A DNA stretch of 64,000 nt from Candidatus Oxydemutatoraceae bacterium (GCA_965220085.1 CBDCOZ010000003.1:782979-846978), one strand, 5' to 3'. Shown: positions 28,977 through 39,973, counted from the stretch's first letter. The notes: generated from the letters alone by a model not told the origin. Numbers and translations are program-made.

Positions 28977-29780
28977 TTATGCTCGGTGCAGAATCAACTC
29001 TAAGACGAACTTGCTGCCAAGGTAAGCAAGCAGCAGAAGCACAATACCCGATAATATGGTTTTCCACAAACTTCTGCCGCGCCAGCCGAATAACAGCCGG
29101 CCTGTGAGTACGGCAAAAAAGAGCAGCCAGGCGATCGCCGACAGCGTTGTTTTGTGCACCAGATGTTGCGCAAAAAGGTTTTCGTGGACTATCCAGCCGC
29201 TGACCAGACTGGCGGTCAGCAACAGTATGCCGACGATGAGCAGGTCCAACAGAAAACTTTCCATGGCATCCAGCGACGGCAGCGCGGCGAGGATTCCCGG
29301 CAGGGACGAATTCCGCAGGCGCTTGTCTTGCATATAAATGGCAATCGTTTGAATCCCCGCCAGATTCAGAAAGCTATAAGCCAGAAACGAGGAGATGATG
29401 TGTATTTGCACGCCCGCGGCAGCCGTGTCGCGCACGATGATGTTGCCGCTTACATTCATAGAGTCAAGCAGGATGACGAAGATCGTAATCGGCAGAACGA
29501 TGAGCCCGAGGACCGCGAGGGGACGGCGGATGCAAGACAGGAGAAGCGTGAGCGATATGAGCAGCATGGACAATGAGGCCGCCTTGAAGAAGGACAAGTC
29601 TATGCCGGAGTTGTCGCCAAACAGCAAGTTCAGGTTTATCGCATGGAAAAAAATTGCGATGGCCCAGAAGGCAATCACAGGGCGGCTCAATTCTCCTTTC
29701 TTGTTGCGGCTTCTTGCCCATAACAACAGGGCTGCGAACAGGTACAAGGAGACGGAAATGAAGGCTGAGACAAGTGTCAT
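28977..29780 (-). CDS. cytochrome c assembly (CcsA)-family inner membrane protein, YpjD-like
   Basis: 8-TM hydrophobic profile; position next to the corC-like gene. Confidence 0.6.
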   Translation of the reverse strand: MTLVSAFISVSLYLFAALLLWARSRNKKGELSRPVIAFWAIAIFFHAINLNLLFGDNSGIDLSFFKAASLSMLLISLTLLLSCIRRPLAVLGLIVLPITIFVILLDSMNVSGNIIVRDTAAAGVQIHIISSFLAYSFLNLAGIQTIAIYMQDKRLRNSSLPGILAALPSLDAMESFLLDLLIVGILLLTASLVSGWIVHENLFAQHLVHKTTLSAIAWLLFFAVLTGRLLFGWRGRSLWKTILSGIVLLLLAYLGSKFVLELILHRA

Positions 29781-29943
29781 ACGGGACTCTTTGATGCGTT
29801 AGTTTAGTTGTCGCACTGGCGGACATTATAACCGATAGCCATATTGCCGCCGGCCCTGCGGGCTTGTTTCTTGTTGTAAAGGCGCATGTTTGTTCCTGTG
29901 TATTGTGGTAATATACGGGTCGCAATATTCATGGAGTCAGCAT

Positions 29944-30285
29944 ATGTCAGAAGCGCAAAATTTGATTTTTACCGATGCGGCGGCTGAAAAAGTAAAAAAG
30001 CTGGTCGCGGAGGAAGAGAATGACAACCTTAAATTGCGTGTGTTTATCAGCGGCGGCGGTTGCGCCGGTTTCCAATACGGTTTCACTTTTGATGAAACGG
30101 TTCAGGATGGCGATACCACGATTGAGAAAGGCGGGGTAGTCCTGTTAGTCGATCCGATGAGCATACAATATTTGAGGGGAGCCGAGATAGATTACACAGA
30201 AGGTCTGGAAGGAGCCCAGTTCATTATCCGCAACCCGAATGCGGTTACGACTTGCGGGTGCGGTTCTTCGTTCTCGCCGGCTTGA
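29944..30285 (+). CDS. erpA: iron-sulfur cluster insertion protein ErpA
   Basis: [14 protein letters not shown]...[14 protein letters not shown] Cys triad; ATG 29944 preferred over the track start. Confidence 0.9.
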   Translation: MSEAQNLIFTDAAAEKVKKLVAEEENDNLKLRVFISGGGCAGFQYGFTFDETVQDGDTTIEKGGVVLLVDPMSIQYLRGAEIDYTEGLEGAQFIIRNPNAVTTCGCGSSFSPA

Positions 30286-30316
30286 ACCATCCCGCAATCA
30301 AGATGTCACGGACAGC

Positions 30317-31417
30317 TTAGCGGGCGGGAGCATAGATCGCTCCCAGTATCGCGGCTTTGCGAGCGCCGGTCGCGGTTGTCATCGCCCCCGGCTTGGCGTC
30401 TAAGCGACGTTGCGCCAGCCAGGCGAAAGTGAGCGCTTCAACATGCATGGGATTGATTCCCTCATCCAGAGTTGTTTTGGTTTCCATGTCGGTATGTTTG
30501 CCGATGTTATCGATGAGGCGGCGATTGTATGCGCCGCCCCCGCAGATGAGTATCGTGCGCGTATCCGGAGCGTAGTCGCGTATCGCTTGTGCGATGCATT
30601 GGGCGCTCAGTTCGGATAATGTCGCTTGTACGCTGGCCGGCTCATATTTGTCCGCCAAGCGCTGTTGCAGCCAGCCCAAGTCAAACTGACCGGCGCAAGC
30701 GCTTTTTGGCGGCGGCAAAGAAAAATACGGTTCGTCCGACAGTCTTTTGAGCAGCGTTCGGTCGGCCTGCGCCGACGCCGCCCACTGTCCTCCGTCATCA
30801 AATGCTTTGCGCAGGTGCCGTCTCGCCCACAGATCCATCAGGCAGTTACCCGGGCCGACATCAAAGCCGGCGGTCACACGGCCTTGCTCCGACAGGACGG
30901 TGATATTTGCAATGCCCCCGATGTTGACGACGGCTTTGGCGTGTCCGGGTTCGCCGAATGCCAACTCGTGAAACGAGGGGGTCAGCGGCGCGCCTTGTCC
31001 GCCGTAGGCCATATCGGCGCGCCTGAAGTCGGCTATCGTGACCAGATTGGTTTCGGCCGCAACGATATTCGGGTTGCCGATTTGAATCGTGGACGGATAG
31101 GCATCCGCCGGATTGTGTAACACGGTTTGCCCGTGCAGTCCGAGCGCTTTTATTTCATCGCTCGGCAGACCGCGGTCTTTGACAAAGGCATTGATGCTGT
31201 CGGCAAAGGTTTGTGCGAAGAGATAATCCAACTGCGCGAACTGTTTCAGTGTTTGCATCCCGCCTTGCGCCGCTCTGACTTCTTGTGCGAGTTGCGGTTT
31301 GATCGGATAACTGGCAAACGCCAGCACGGCGATTTGATTGTCTTTGAAGTCGGCCGCTATGACATCCGCCGCATCGATGCTGGTCCCAGACAATGCGCCG
31401 AGATACATGTCAGTCAT
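30317..31417 (-). CDS. anmK: anhydro-N-acetylmuramic acid kinase
   Basis: MYLGALSGTSIDAADV N-terminus; 366 aa. Confidence 0.9.
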   Translation of the reverse strand: MTDMYLGALSGTSIDAADVIAADFKDNQIAVLAFASYPIKPQLAQEVRAAQGGMQTLKQFAQLDYLFAQTFADSINAFVKDRGLPSDEIKALGLHGQTVLHNPADAYPSTIQIGNPNIVAAETNLVTIADFRRADMAYGGQGAPLTPSFHELAFGEPGHAKAVVNIGGIANITVLSEQGRVTAGFDVGPGNCLMDLWARRHLRKAFDDGGQWAASAQADRTLLKRLSDEPYFSLPPPKSACAGQFDLGWLQQRLADKYEPASVQATLSELSAQCIAQAIRDYAPDTRTILICGGGAYNRRLIDNIGKHTDMETKTTLDEGINPMHVEALTFAWLAQRRLDAKPGAMTTATGARKAAILGAIYAPAR

Positions 31418-32820
31418 TGCCGCCGCCGGTTTGAATCGCCGTCATCCATCGCCGCCAAATGCGCTTGGTTTACTATGTCGATCCGGGCAAGCAACGGCGC
31501 GGTCGTTTCCCGGAAACGTTTCAGTTCCGCTTTGGGCAAGGGTTTGGCATTGGGCAGTTTGACCTTGACCGGGTCTTTGTGGGTTCCGTTGACCTGTAGT
31601 TCGTAGTGCAGATGGGGGCCGGTAGACAAGCCGGTCGAGCCCACATATCCGATGACCTGTCCTTGTTTGACAAATGATCCGACGCGTTGCTTTTTTGCAA
31701 ATTTTGACAGGTGGGCATAGAGCGTTTTGTAATTGCCGCCGTGGCGCACGATGACCGTATTGCCGTATCCTCCGCTGCGCCCGCGGAAAATTATTTTGCC
31801 GTCGCCGGTCGTATGTACCGGCGTGCCGCGCTTGGCCGCATAGTCGACTCCCTTGTGCGCGCGAACGGTATGCAGAATCGGGTGGCGTCGTCTCGGATTA
31901 AAGTGAGAGCTGATGTATGCGAAGTTAAGCGGGCTGCGCAGGAAGGCTTTGCGAACATTTTTGCCGTCCGCGAAGTAATATCCCTCTTTGCCTTTGGAGT
32001 CGGCATAGCGCGCGATGCGGTAATCTTTTTTGCCGTTGCGAAAATGCAGCGCTACGATGTCTCCGTCGCGAATTTTCTTGCCTTCTATGTATTCCTCCTC
32101 GTACAGCAGAACAAAGTAGTCGTTGAGGCGAATGTCGCGCGCAAAGTCTATGTCCCACCCCAGAATGGCCGCCATCTCAACGATGATCTTGTCCGGTATG
32201 TTGGCGCTTTCCGCCGCCAAATAAAGGGAATTCTTGATCGTGCCCGATGCGTATGCCAGACTTTTCTCTGCCGCGAGAGTGTGCTCTTGAAAGTCCAGAG
32301 TTTTGTCATCCAGGCGCGAGATAACGATGCGTTCGGTCGGGGACGGCTGATAGATCAACTTTTCCAGCGCATCGTTATTGACCGAGAACGTGATCGGTTT
32401 GCCCGCGCGCAACGCGCTGATCTTTTTCAGGTTCTGTTTGTCCAGCGCAAGCAGATACCTGAGTTCATGCGACAGGCCGTGGTGTTCTATAATTTCCGAC
32501 AAAGTATCTCCCGCTTTGACGGTGTATCGATAGGTCTGCAGATGTTCGTCTTCCGCCGCCGAAGGGCGGTTGTTTGTCACCGAATCGTCCGCTCGGTGTG
32601 GCCGGATAGCGTCATCGGGCGGAGGCGTATCGTTTGCCGGGTACTTGTAAATTCCCGCCGTGTGAGCGGGCGGGAGTTGCATGGCATTGGTGGAAATGAT
32701 GAAGGTCGCTGTCAGCGTAAGCAAAACGATGCTGATCGAGAATCGCAACCGGTTACGAACCAGGTTGCGGGCTTTGTCGCTCGGTAGAGTATAATTTTTC
32801 ATTGGCAGTGCCTGAATCAT
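31414..32820 (-). CDS. LysM plus M23 family murein endopeptidase
   Basis: LysM (YTVKAGDTLSEI) and M23 HxxxD/HLH motifs (HKGVDY...GPHLHYEL). Confidence 0.85.
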   Translation of the reverse strand: MIQALPMKNYTLPSDKARNLVRNRLRFSISIVLLTLTATFIISTNAMQLPPAHTAGIYKYPANDTPPPDDAIRPHRADDSVTNNRPSAAEDEHLQTYRYTVKAGDTLSEIIEHHGLSHELRYLLALDKQNLKKISALRAGKPITFSVNNDALEKLIYQPSPTERIVISRLDDKTLDFQEHTLAAEKSLAYASGTIKNSLYLAAESANIPDKIIVEMAAILGWDIDFARDIRLNDYFVLLYEEEYIEGKKIRDGDIVALHFRNGKKDYRIARYADSKGKEGYYFADGKNVRKAFLRSPLNFAYISSHFNPRRRHPILHTVRAHKGVDYAAKRGTPVHTTGDGKIIFRGRSGGYGNTVIVRHGGNYKTLYAHLSKFAKKQRVGSFVKQGQVIGYVGSTGLSTGPHLHYELQVNGTHKDPVKVKLPNAKPLPKAELKRFRETTAPLLARIDIVNQAHLAAMDDGDSNRRRQ

Positions 32821-32888
32821 CCGAATTGAAAGGTAAAGGTTACTGTTCTTGGTTTTATTGTCAAATAATCATCGACTTCGTTTGTATC

Positions 32889-34082
32889 ATGCTATCCGAA
32901 TTACTGCGCGGCGCCAAAGAAATACTGCACACCGAGGAGCTCGAGCGGCAACTGGATTCGGGCAAGCGGCTGGTTGTCAAAGCCGGCTTTGACCCGACCT
33001 CGCCGGACTTGCATCTCGGCCATTTTGTCGTGTTGAACAAACTGCGCTTGTTTCAGGACCTGGGACACAGCGTCAAGTTTGTGGTCGGCGACTTCACCGG
33101 CCTAATCGGCGACCCCAGCGGGAAGGATGCGACCCGCCCGCCGGTGTCAAAAGAACTCATCGAAAAAAATGCCGCCAGTTATGCCGAGCAGGCCTTTAAG
33201 GTTCTGAATCCCGAGGCCACGGAAATCTGCTTTAATTCCAAGTGGCTCGGCGCGTTGAGCCTGTCCGATGTATTGCGTCTGGCATCCCATCATACGGTTG
33301 CGAGAATGTTGGAACGCGATGACTTCAGTCAGCGCTATGCCGCCGGGCAGCCGATAGGCATCCACGAATTTTTGTATCCTCTGATGCAAGGTTACGATTC
33401 GGTGGTCCTGTCCAGCGATGTGGAATTGGGCGGCGCCGATCAAAAGTTCAATCTGTTGGTCGGCAGGCATCTGCAAAAAGTTTGGAAGCAAGCGCCGCAG
33501 GTAGTGATGATGATGCCGCTGCTGGTGGGTTTGGACGGCACGCGAAAGATGTCGAAATCGCTGGATAACTGCATCGGCATTACCGAAAGCCCGCAGGCGA
33601 TGTTTGGCAAGGTCATGTCTGTGTCGGATGATCTGATGCGGCACTATTTTGACTTGCTGAGCTTTCGCCCGTCATCGGAGCTGGACAGTCTGAAAGAGTC
33701 GGTTGCCCAAGGCGCGAACCCTCGCGATATCAAGATGTTGCTGGCTTCGGAGATCGTGACGCGCTTTTGCGGTGACACCGCGGCGCAAGCGGCGGAGGCC
33801 GACTTTGTGGCGCGTTTTAGGCACGGGCAAATGCCCGATGACATAGAGTCCGACACCTTGACGATCGAGGATTCCGCCTTGGGCTTGGCAACGCTTCTCA
33901 AACTCTCTTCTTTGACCCCTTCGACTTCGGAAGCTATCAGAATGATCAAGCAAGGCGCGGTTCGGATAGACGGAGAAAAAGTATCGGATATTAAACTGCC
34001 GATCAGCGCCGGCAGCGAACACATATTTCAAGTGGGGAAGCGGCGGTTTATGAAGATAAAACTGTTGCGAGGTTCCGATTAA
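32889..34082 (+). CDS. tyrS: tyrosine--tRNA ligase (type 2)
   Basis: HLGH and KMSKS motifs, C-terminal S4 domain; ATG 32889. Confidence 0.9.
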   Translation: MLSELLRGAKEILHTEELERQLDSGKRLVVKAGFDPTSPDLHLGHFVVLNKLRLFQDLGHSVKFVVGDFTGLIGDPSGKDATRPPVSKELIEKNAASYAEQAFKVLNPEATEICFNSKWLGALSLSDVLRLASHHTVARMLERDDFSQRYAAGQPIGIHEFLYPLMQGYDSVVLSSDVELGGADQKFNLLVGRHLQKVWKQAPQVVMMMPLLVGLDGTRKMSKSLDNCIGITESPQAMFGKVMSVSDDLMRHYFDLLSFRPSSELDSLKESVAQGANPRDIKMLLASEIVTRFCGDTAAQAAEADFVARFRHGQMPDDIESDTLTIEDSALGLATLLKLSSLTPSTSEAIRMIKQGAVRIDGEKVSDIKLPISAGSEHIFQVGKRRFMKIKLLRGSD

Positions 34083-34867
34083 AACCTGCAAAATGTAATT
34101 TTGAAGCGAATCGTTTCCTTGACTTGCCGGGGGCGCACCGCCAGATCGTCCAGCGCAAAAAAGTGGATGGCGAAGCGCGGCTTGCCGGCGCTGACCTCGG
34201 GATATATCCCGTCGTAACCGTCCAAATCAATCCGCAACATCTGATACTTTTTCTCCGGATTTTCAAACTCTTGCGAGTAGTACCCCGCTTTTGCGGTGAG
34301 TTCGATACATTCTCCTCCGCTGCGCGACAACTCAAGGCAATCGTAGATGCCTTGGCAGAGTTCGGAGAACGGCTGATACCACGCTTGGATATCGCTTACC
34401 CGCCGCTCGCGGGGCAATGCAAACCATCCTGTCAATATGGGAAGATCAAAACTACAGACCCCGCCCGGGATGCTGATCCTCCGTTTGACCAAATTTAGAA
34501 AGTGGTGGTTTTGTCGGTTGAGAGCGTGCGAAGAGAAATGCTCCATCTCCAATAAGAGTTGTTCTTTTCCGCGGGTTGTCAGGCGCAGGCTTTCCTGATT
34601 GACTTGCGGTCTGGAGTCTAACTTTTTTAACTGTTCTATTTGCCACCTCAGGTGTTGCATGATCTCGCTTCTTAAATCTATGTTTTTAGTCAGTTCTTCC
34701 AACTCTATCAACAAGCGCAAAGCCTCCAGACAAGCCTCGGCGCTGTCTATCGATTCAATTTTTGCTTCCAGACTGCGCGCCAGATATTCGCAACGCAGAA
34801 AATAGCGGATGCGGCTGCTCAAGGGAAATTCGCAGATTCTAGTCGGTGTTTTTGCTTCCATGTTCAT
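34079..34867 (-). CDS. zapD: cell division protein ZapD
   Basis: DUF1342-like sequence; position upstream of coaE as in E. coli. Confidence 0.65.
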   Translation of the reverse strand: MNMEAKTPTRICEFPLSSRIRYFLRCEYLARSLEAKIESIDSAEACLEALRLLIELEELTKNIDLRSEIMQHLRWQIEQLKKLDSRPQVNQESLRLTTRGKEQLLLEMEHFSSHALNRQNHHFLNLVKRRISIPGGVCSFDLPILTGWFALPRERRVSDIQAWYQPFSELCQGIYDCLELSRSGGECIELTAKAGYYSQEFENPEKKYQMLRIDLDGYDGIYPEVSAGKPRFAIHFFALDDLAVRPRQVKETIRFKITFCRF

Positions 34868-35456
34868 GTGCCGCGCGCATAAGCAGCGCGTGCAACTCGT
34901 TTATTCTCTTTTTTAAGTACTCGGGCCCCCTTATATTATTAACGACTATGTCAGAAACTTCCAACCTTTTGTTTCTGTCCGACTGCGAATTGATGATTTT
35001 CATGGCTTCTGCCTCGCCGCAACGGTCGCGTTCTGTGATTCGCCGCACCTGTGTTTCGATCGGGCAGTCTATCGTGATGATGCGATCGACCATGTCTTGC
35101 ATATTCGCTTCCAGCAACAAAGGCGCTGCGATGACGCAGTAAGGCGCATCTAATAATTCAAGTTCTTTCTCTATCCGTCTGCGTATGGCAGGGTGAAGGA
35201 TCGCGTTTAATTTCTCTTTGGCAGAGGCGTCATTAAAGATAAGCCTGCGCATGAAAGGGCGGTTCAGGTTTCCGTCTTGGTCGAGAACCTTGTCGCCGAA
35301 GCATTCGACTATGGTATCTAGTTCGCGACAGCCGCGGCGGGTGATTTGGCGCGAAATCTTATCCGCGTCGATGACCGGAACGCCTATCTTTTCAAAGCAT
35401 TCGGTTGCTTCGCTCTTTCCGCAAGCGATACCGCCGGTTAAACCGATTCTTAACAT
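34839..35456 (-). CDS. coaE: dephospho-CoA kinase
   Basis: P-loop GLTGGIACGKSE. Confidence 0.9.
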   Translation of the reverse strand: MLRIGLTGGIACGKSEATECFEKIGVPVIDADKISRQITRRGCRELDTIVECFGDKVLDQDGNLNRPFMRRLIFNDASAKEKLNAILHPAIRRRIEKELELLDAPYCVIAAPLLLEANMQDMVDRIITIDCPIETQVRRITERDRCGEAEAMKIINSQSDRNKRLEVSDIVVNNIRGPEYLKKRINELHALLMRAAHEHGSKNTD

Positions 35457-35469
35457 CTCCTTAACATCT

Positions 35470-36330
35470 CTATTTCATACCGAAGAAAAAAGCAAAAGGG
35501 TCGGATATTTCATGAATATATATTAATCCGATAATACTCGCAAAGGCCAGATATGGGCCAAATGCGATTTCCTCCTTAAGCGCGCGTCGTCGCAGAACGA
35601 CGAGGGCGAGGCTGGCAAAAATCCCGCTGACAGAAGCGATTAGAATCACGCCGGGCAATGCCTCCCAGCCCAGCCAAGCGCCGATGGCCGATAGCAATTT
35701 GAGGTCTCCTTGGCCCAAGCCGTGCTTGCCGGATAGCAGTCTAAATGATTGTTTTATAAAGAGAAATATGACATAGCCTGCGATGGCGCCGAAAACCGCG
35801 CTGGTGATGTCGGCGAACAGGCCGAAGCTGTTGCAAACCAGTCCGGCCCACAGCAGGGTCAGTGTCAGTTCGTCGGGCAGGATTTTCTCACGCTGATCGA
35901 TACAAGCCAGCGCCAGCAAAAATGTCGCCGCGATGACAGCGGCAAGAAAATGCCATGTCGCCCCGTAGACATGGAACATGGTCAGCCATAACGCAAGCGT
36001 GGCCGCCTCAATCAGAAAATACGATTTGATGGGCGCGCGGCAATACGCGCAGCGCCCTTTGAGAAAGACGCAACTGATCAGCGGAATGTTGTGTCGCCAC
36101 TTGAGTTTCTTTTTGCACTCGGGGCAATGCGAAGCGGGCAGGCAGAGCGATAGCCCGGAGTCGGCGTCGGCGTGAGGCGCTTCGGCCAGAAACTCTTTGC
36201 ACTCCGCGCGCCACTTGCGCTCAAGAATTTTGGGAAGGCGGCAGATGACAACGGTCAGAAAACTGCCTATGCATGCGGCTATCGCAACGATCGCAATAAG
36301 CGACAACCAGTGGTTGGCAAAAATATCCAA
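35470..36330 (-). CDS. pilD: prepilin peptidase / N-methyltransferase
   Basis: CPECKKKL...C..C zinc-binding tetrad and 8-TM A24 peptidase architecture. Confidence 0.9.
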   Translation of the reverse strand: MDIFANHWLSLIAIVAIAACIGSFLTVVICRLPKILERKWRAECKEFLAEAPHADADSGLSLCLPASHCPECKKKLKWRHNIPLISCVFLKGRCAYCRAPIKSYFLIEAATLALWLTMFHVYGATWHFLAAVIAATFLLALACIDQREKILPDELTLTLLWAGLVCNSFGLFADITSAVFGAIAGYVIFLFIKQSFRLLSGKHGLGQGDLKLLSAIGAWLGWEALPGVILIASVSGIFASLALVVLRRRALKEEIAFGPYLAFASIIGLIYIHEISDPFAFFFGMK

Positions 36331-36363
36331 ACTTATCGTTCCAAGTATCTATATCAGTGCGGA

Positions 36364-37539
36364 TTATAGAACAGTTCCCAGATTAAATATCGGCAGATAC
36401 ATAGAAGCCACGATCCAGCCGATAACAACGGCGGTTACCAGAATCAGAGCGGGCTCTGCCAGTTGGATGAGTTTGCCCGCATAATCCTCAATTTGATTGT
36501 TGTAATACTCCGTAATCTGTCGCAGGGCGCTCTCAAATTTGCCGCTGCTTTCGCCGACACTGATCATTTGCTCAAAGAACTTGCCGAATATTGCGGCGCT
36601 TTTGACGGATTCGTATAAGCTGCCGCCCCGCATCAGGTGTTCTTTGAGCCGGATGATTCTCTCAATGAATACCAGATTGGACGAGGTTTGCGGCAACCAC
36701 GCCAGCGTCTGATCGATCGGAGTGCCCGCTTGGTAAGAGACTTTGACCAACATGGCAAACAGATATTGCAGGCGGGCTTTGTTCAATTTTCCGATCACCG
36801 GAAGCTCCAGCATCAGCCACGAGACGATGTAGCGCACAGAGCGTATCTGTCTGTAGAGCACGATCAGCGCTCCGAGCGACAGGGCGATGGAAGAGAACAC
36901 AAGCGCGCCGTGTCGGATGATAAAGTCCGATGCTTGAATCGTAATTTGAGTGTACGGCGGAAGGTTCTCCGCGCCTTGATACAAGGCGGCGAATTGCGGC
37001 ACCACGCTGGTAAGCAGCAACACGCTGACACCCAGCGCGGTGCACAGCACGGTCAGCGGGTATATCGACGCCTTTTTCATTTTTGAAGCCACTTTTCGTT
37101 GCCGCTCTCTGTAGTCCGACAAGGCTTCCAGCAAAGGCACGATCTGTCCGCTGCTCTCGCCGACTTGCATGATGCGCGCGATAAATTGATTGCGCGGCTC
37201 CAGATGCGGTTCCAGACTTTGCGCGAGCGACTCGCCGCTTTCTATCCTGTTCCACACCTGTCGGAGTATGTGATGCAGTTCGCGCGGCGCTTGGCGGCGC
37301 AACAGGTTAAACACATCGGCCAAAGGCAGGTTGGCCCCGAGCAATGTCGCAAGTTGCATCAGCAGAAAGTCTATGTCTGCGGATTTCAGGACCTGCTTTG
37401 ACCATACTCGCTTTGCTTTGAGCAAGATGATATCGCGCAAAGCGAGGTTCGTCTCCAACGCCTTTTTGTTGCGCGCAGTCTCCTCGCCGGAGACAGGTTC
37501 TCCGCTGACAGTCAGCCCTTTCCACTGAAAGAGTTTCAA
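36364..37539 (-). CDS. pilC: type IV pilus assembly platform protein PilC (GspF family)
   Basis: duplicated GspF domains, 391 aa. Confidence 0.85.
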   Translation of the reverse strand: MKLFQWKGLTVSGEPVSGEETARNKKALETNLALRDIILLKAKRVWSKQVLKSADIDFLLMQLATLLGANLPLADVFNLLRRQAPRELHHILRQVWNRIESGESLAQSLEPHLEPRNQFIARIMQVGESSGQIVPLLEALSDYRERQRKVASKMKKASIYPLTVLCTALGVSVLLLTSVVPQFAALYQGAENLPPYTQITIQASDFIIRHGALVFSSIALSLGALIVLYRQIRSVRYIVSWLMLELPVIGKLNKARLQYLFAMLVKVSYQAGTPIDQTLAWLPQTSSNLVFIERIIRLKEHLMRGGSLYESVKSAAIFGKFFEQMISVGESSGKFESALRQITEYYNNQIEDYAGKLIQLAEPALILVTAVVIGWIVASMYLPIFNLGTVL

Positions 37540-37749
37540 TGCAAGCGACCGGGCGGCGCAGTGTTCCCGCTGCCGATACGGCTCCGGTGTGTGATGGCGG
37601 CGGTAGTTACCGCCGCCATCACTGCCGCCGTCACTGGGTCGTGCCGGAGGTCGCCGTCACAGTCGGTGGTGTTAGCCACCGCCGCCACTATTGCTACCGC
37701 CATCGATTGAGGTTTCTTCTGAGCTAATCGCGCGACGCTTAATCTAAGG

Positions 37750-38235
37750 TCATGACTCGCTACCATCGGCTGGGGTTTCTTCTGAGCGACAGTTGGCCGG
37801 CAGGTACTCACCGCCTATATTATCTGTTTCACCGTCTTCGGTGGTGGTGCAGTTCCATGTCAGCGTGCCATTACTCACTTCCGCTTCCAAAATGAGCACT
37901 GTGTTATTAAGGTCGGTGCTGACTTGGTCGCTCAAAGTCATCTTCAATTGTCCTACACCACCGTCTTCTGCCGTACCATAGCTTACACCTTGGATGTACT
38001 CGGTCGAAAAATTAGTGGTGTTAATCCCGGCTGCAGCCGCATCGGCCGGAATCTTTCCGGTGTTCAGATAAGATTCCGCAATCAAAGTTTTGAACGAACT
38101 GGCGACGGTCAATGCCTCGGCAATCTTCGCCCGTATTGTATAATTTTGATACGCGGGCACCGCCAGCGATAAAAGAATTCCGACGATAGCAATTGCAATC
38201 ATCAGTTCAATCAAGGTAAATCCATTTTTTCGCAT
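37750..38235 (-). CDS. pilA: type IVa major pilin
   Basis: class III leader MRKNG/FTLIELMIAIAIVGIL with Glu+5; C-terminal disulfide loop C..C. Confidence 0.9.
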   Translation of the reverse strand: MRKNGFTLIELMIAIAIVGILLSLAVPAYQNYTIRAKIAEALTVASSFKTLIAESYLNTGKIPADAAAAGINTTNFSTEYIQGVSYGTAEDGGVGQLKMTLSDQVSTDLNNTVLILEAEVSNGTLTWNCTTTEDGETDNIGGEYLPANCRSEETPADGSES

Positions 38236-38343
38236 TGTGTTTTTCTCCTAAAAAATAGAATAATGAAGGTATTTTTCTCAAACAAACAGACTGGGTTCAA
38301 AGTATTTTTACCAGCGGTCGCTTTTTATGGATGAGGTGCGACA

Positions 38344-39951
38344 ATGAGTCTGAAAATCGCTGTGGCGCAACAAGATTTCACGGTCGGGGATGTGCGGGGG
38401 AATGCCGCAAAGATCATAGAGACGGTACGCTTTTCGCGCAGCAAGAGGGCTGCCTTGGTTGTATTTCCGGAGTTGGCGGTGACGGGTTATCCGCCGGAGG
38501 ATTTGCTCTTGCGCCGCGATTACCTCGACGCGAGCGATCGCGCTATCCAACAGATTGCGGCCGAGGTCGGCGCGGGGATTGACGTGATCATCGGCGCGCC
38601 GATGCGCGAAGGGGAACATCTGTTTAATGCCGCGCTGCACATTGCCGATCATCGTATCGCCAATGTGTATCACAAGCGGAAGCTGCCGAACTACGAAGTA
38701 TTTGACGAAAAGCGATACTTCAAAGAGGGGCATACGACCGGAGTCTTTGCCATAGGCGGTCACCGTTTGGGCGTGACGATCTGCGAAGACATTTGGGATG
38801 CGGCTGCCGCCGCGGACGCAAAGCGCGCAGGCGCGCAGTGCATCATAAATATCAACGCGTCTCCTTTTCACATTAAAAAGCAAGCGCAGCGCGATGCCAT
38901 ATTGCGCCTGCGTCATGCCGAGACGGGCTTGCCGTTGGTATACGTCAATCTCGTCGGCGGACAGGACGAGTTGGTGTTTGACGGCAGTTCCGCCGCATTG
39001 AATCGGCATGGCAACAGCATCCTCAGGGCGCCGTCTTTTGAAGAGGGGGTCTATTTCTGTGACCCGTTTGCATCCGAGGCGCCGCCGCAAGAACCCGCCG
39101 CGGCAGAGATTGAATTGATTCGCCGCGCGTGTGTGACCGGCTTGGCCGATTACGTCTCAAAGAACAGTTTTGAAGGTTTGGCGGTCGGGTTGTCGGGCGG
39201 CATAGACTCGGCGGTCTCTTTGATGATCGCGGTCGATGCGGTCGGCGCTAAGCGCGTGAAGGCGGTTACGATGCCATCGCCGTATACCGCGGCACAAGGG
39301 ATAGAAGATTCCTACGCGCTGGCTCGCGCGTTGGGAACGGAGATGATTCAAGTCCCGATAAGCAAGGCTTTTGACTTGATGTGCCGCGAGTTGCGCGATG
39401 CTTGCGGCGACGGCTTAACGGGAACCGGCAAAGAGAATTTGCAAGCGCGCATCCGCGCCTGTTTTCTGATGGCGATTTCCAATCGCTATCGTCTGATGGT
39501 TGTCTCCACTTCCAACAAGAGCGAATTGGCGGTCGGCTACACAACCCTCTACGGCGACATGATAGGCGGCTACGCGCCGCTCAAAGACGTATTCAAGACG
39601 CAAGTCTATGAACTGGCGCATTACTATAACCGCGAGCGCGCCGTGATTCCCGAAAACATGATTTGCCGTCCGCCATCGGCGGAATTAGCGCCGGGGCAGA
39701 AAGACAGCGACAGCTTGCCGCCGTATCCGTTGCTGGACCGGATACTGAAAGCGTTGATTGAGGACGAGGCGTCGTGCGCGGATCTGGCGGGCGAACAGTT
39801 TGACACGGACACGGTTCGCCGGGTGCGACAGATGATCGCGGACAGCGAGCACAAGCGGCGTCAAGGCGCGCCCGGCGTTAAGATCACCCCGCGCGCATTC
39901 GGCAAAGATCGGCGTTATCCGGTGAGTTGCCGGTTTGACTTTGCGTCATAG
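38344..39951 (+). CDS. nadE: glutamine-dependent NAD+ synthetase
   Basis: N-terminal nitrilase (CN hydrolase) domain plus C-terminal NAD synthetase SGGIDS P-loop. Confidence 0.9.
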   Translation: MSLKIAVAQQDFTVGDVRGNAAKIIETVRFSRSKRAALVVFPELAVTGYPPEDLLLRRDYLDASDRAIQQIAAEVGAGIDVIIGAPMREGEHLFNAALHIADHRIANVYHKRKLPNYEVFDEKRYFKEGHTTGVFAIGGHRLGVTICEDIWDAAAAADAKRAGAQCIININASPFHIKKQAQRDAILRLRHAETGLPLVYVNLVGGQDELVFDGSSAALNRHGNSILRAPSFEEGVYFCDPFASEAPPQEPAAAEIELIRRACVTGLADYVSKNSFEGLAVGLSGGIDSAVSLMIAVDAVGAKRVKAVTMPSPYTAAQGIEDSYALARALGTEMIQVPISKAFDLMCRELRDACGDGLTGTGKENLQARIRACFLMAISNRYRLMVVSTSNKSELAVGYTTLYGDMIGGYAPLKDVFKTQVYELAHYYNRERAVIPENMICRPPSAELAPGQKDSDSLPPYPLLDRILKALIEDEASCADLAGEQFDTDTVRRVRQMIADSEHKRRQGAPGVKITPRAFGKDRRYPVSCRFDFAS

Positions 39952-39973
39952 CGCCGCTCTGGCAACGACCCGG

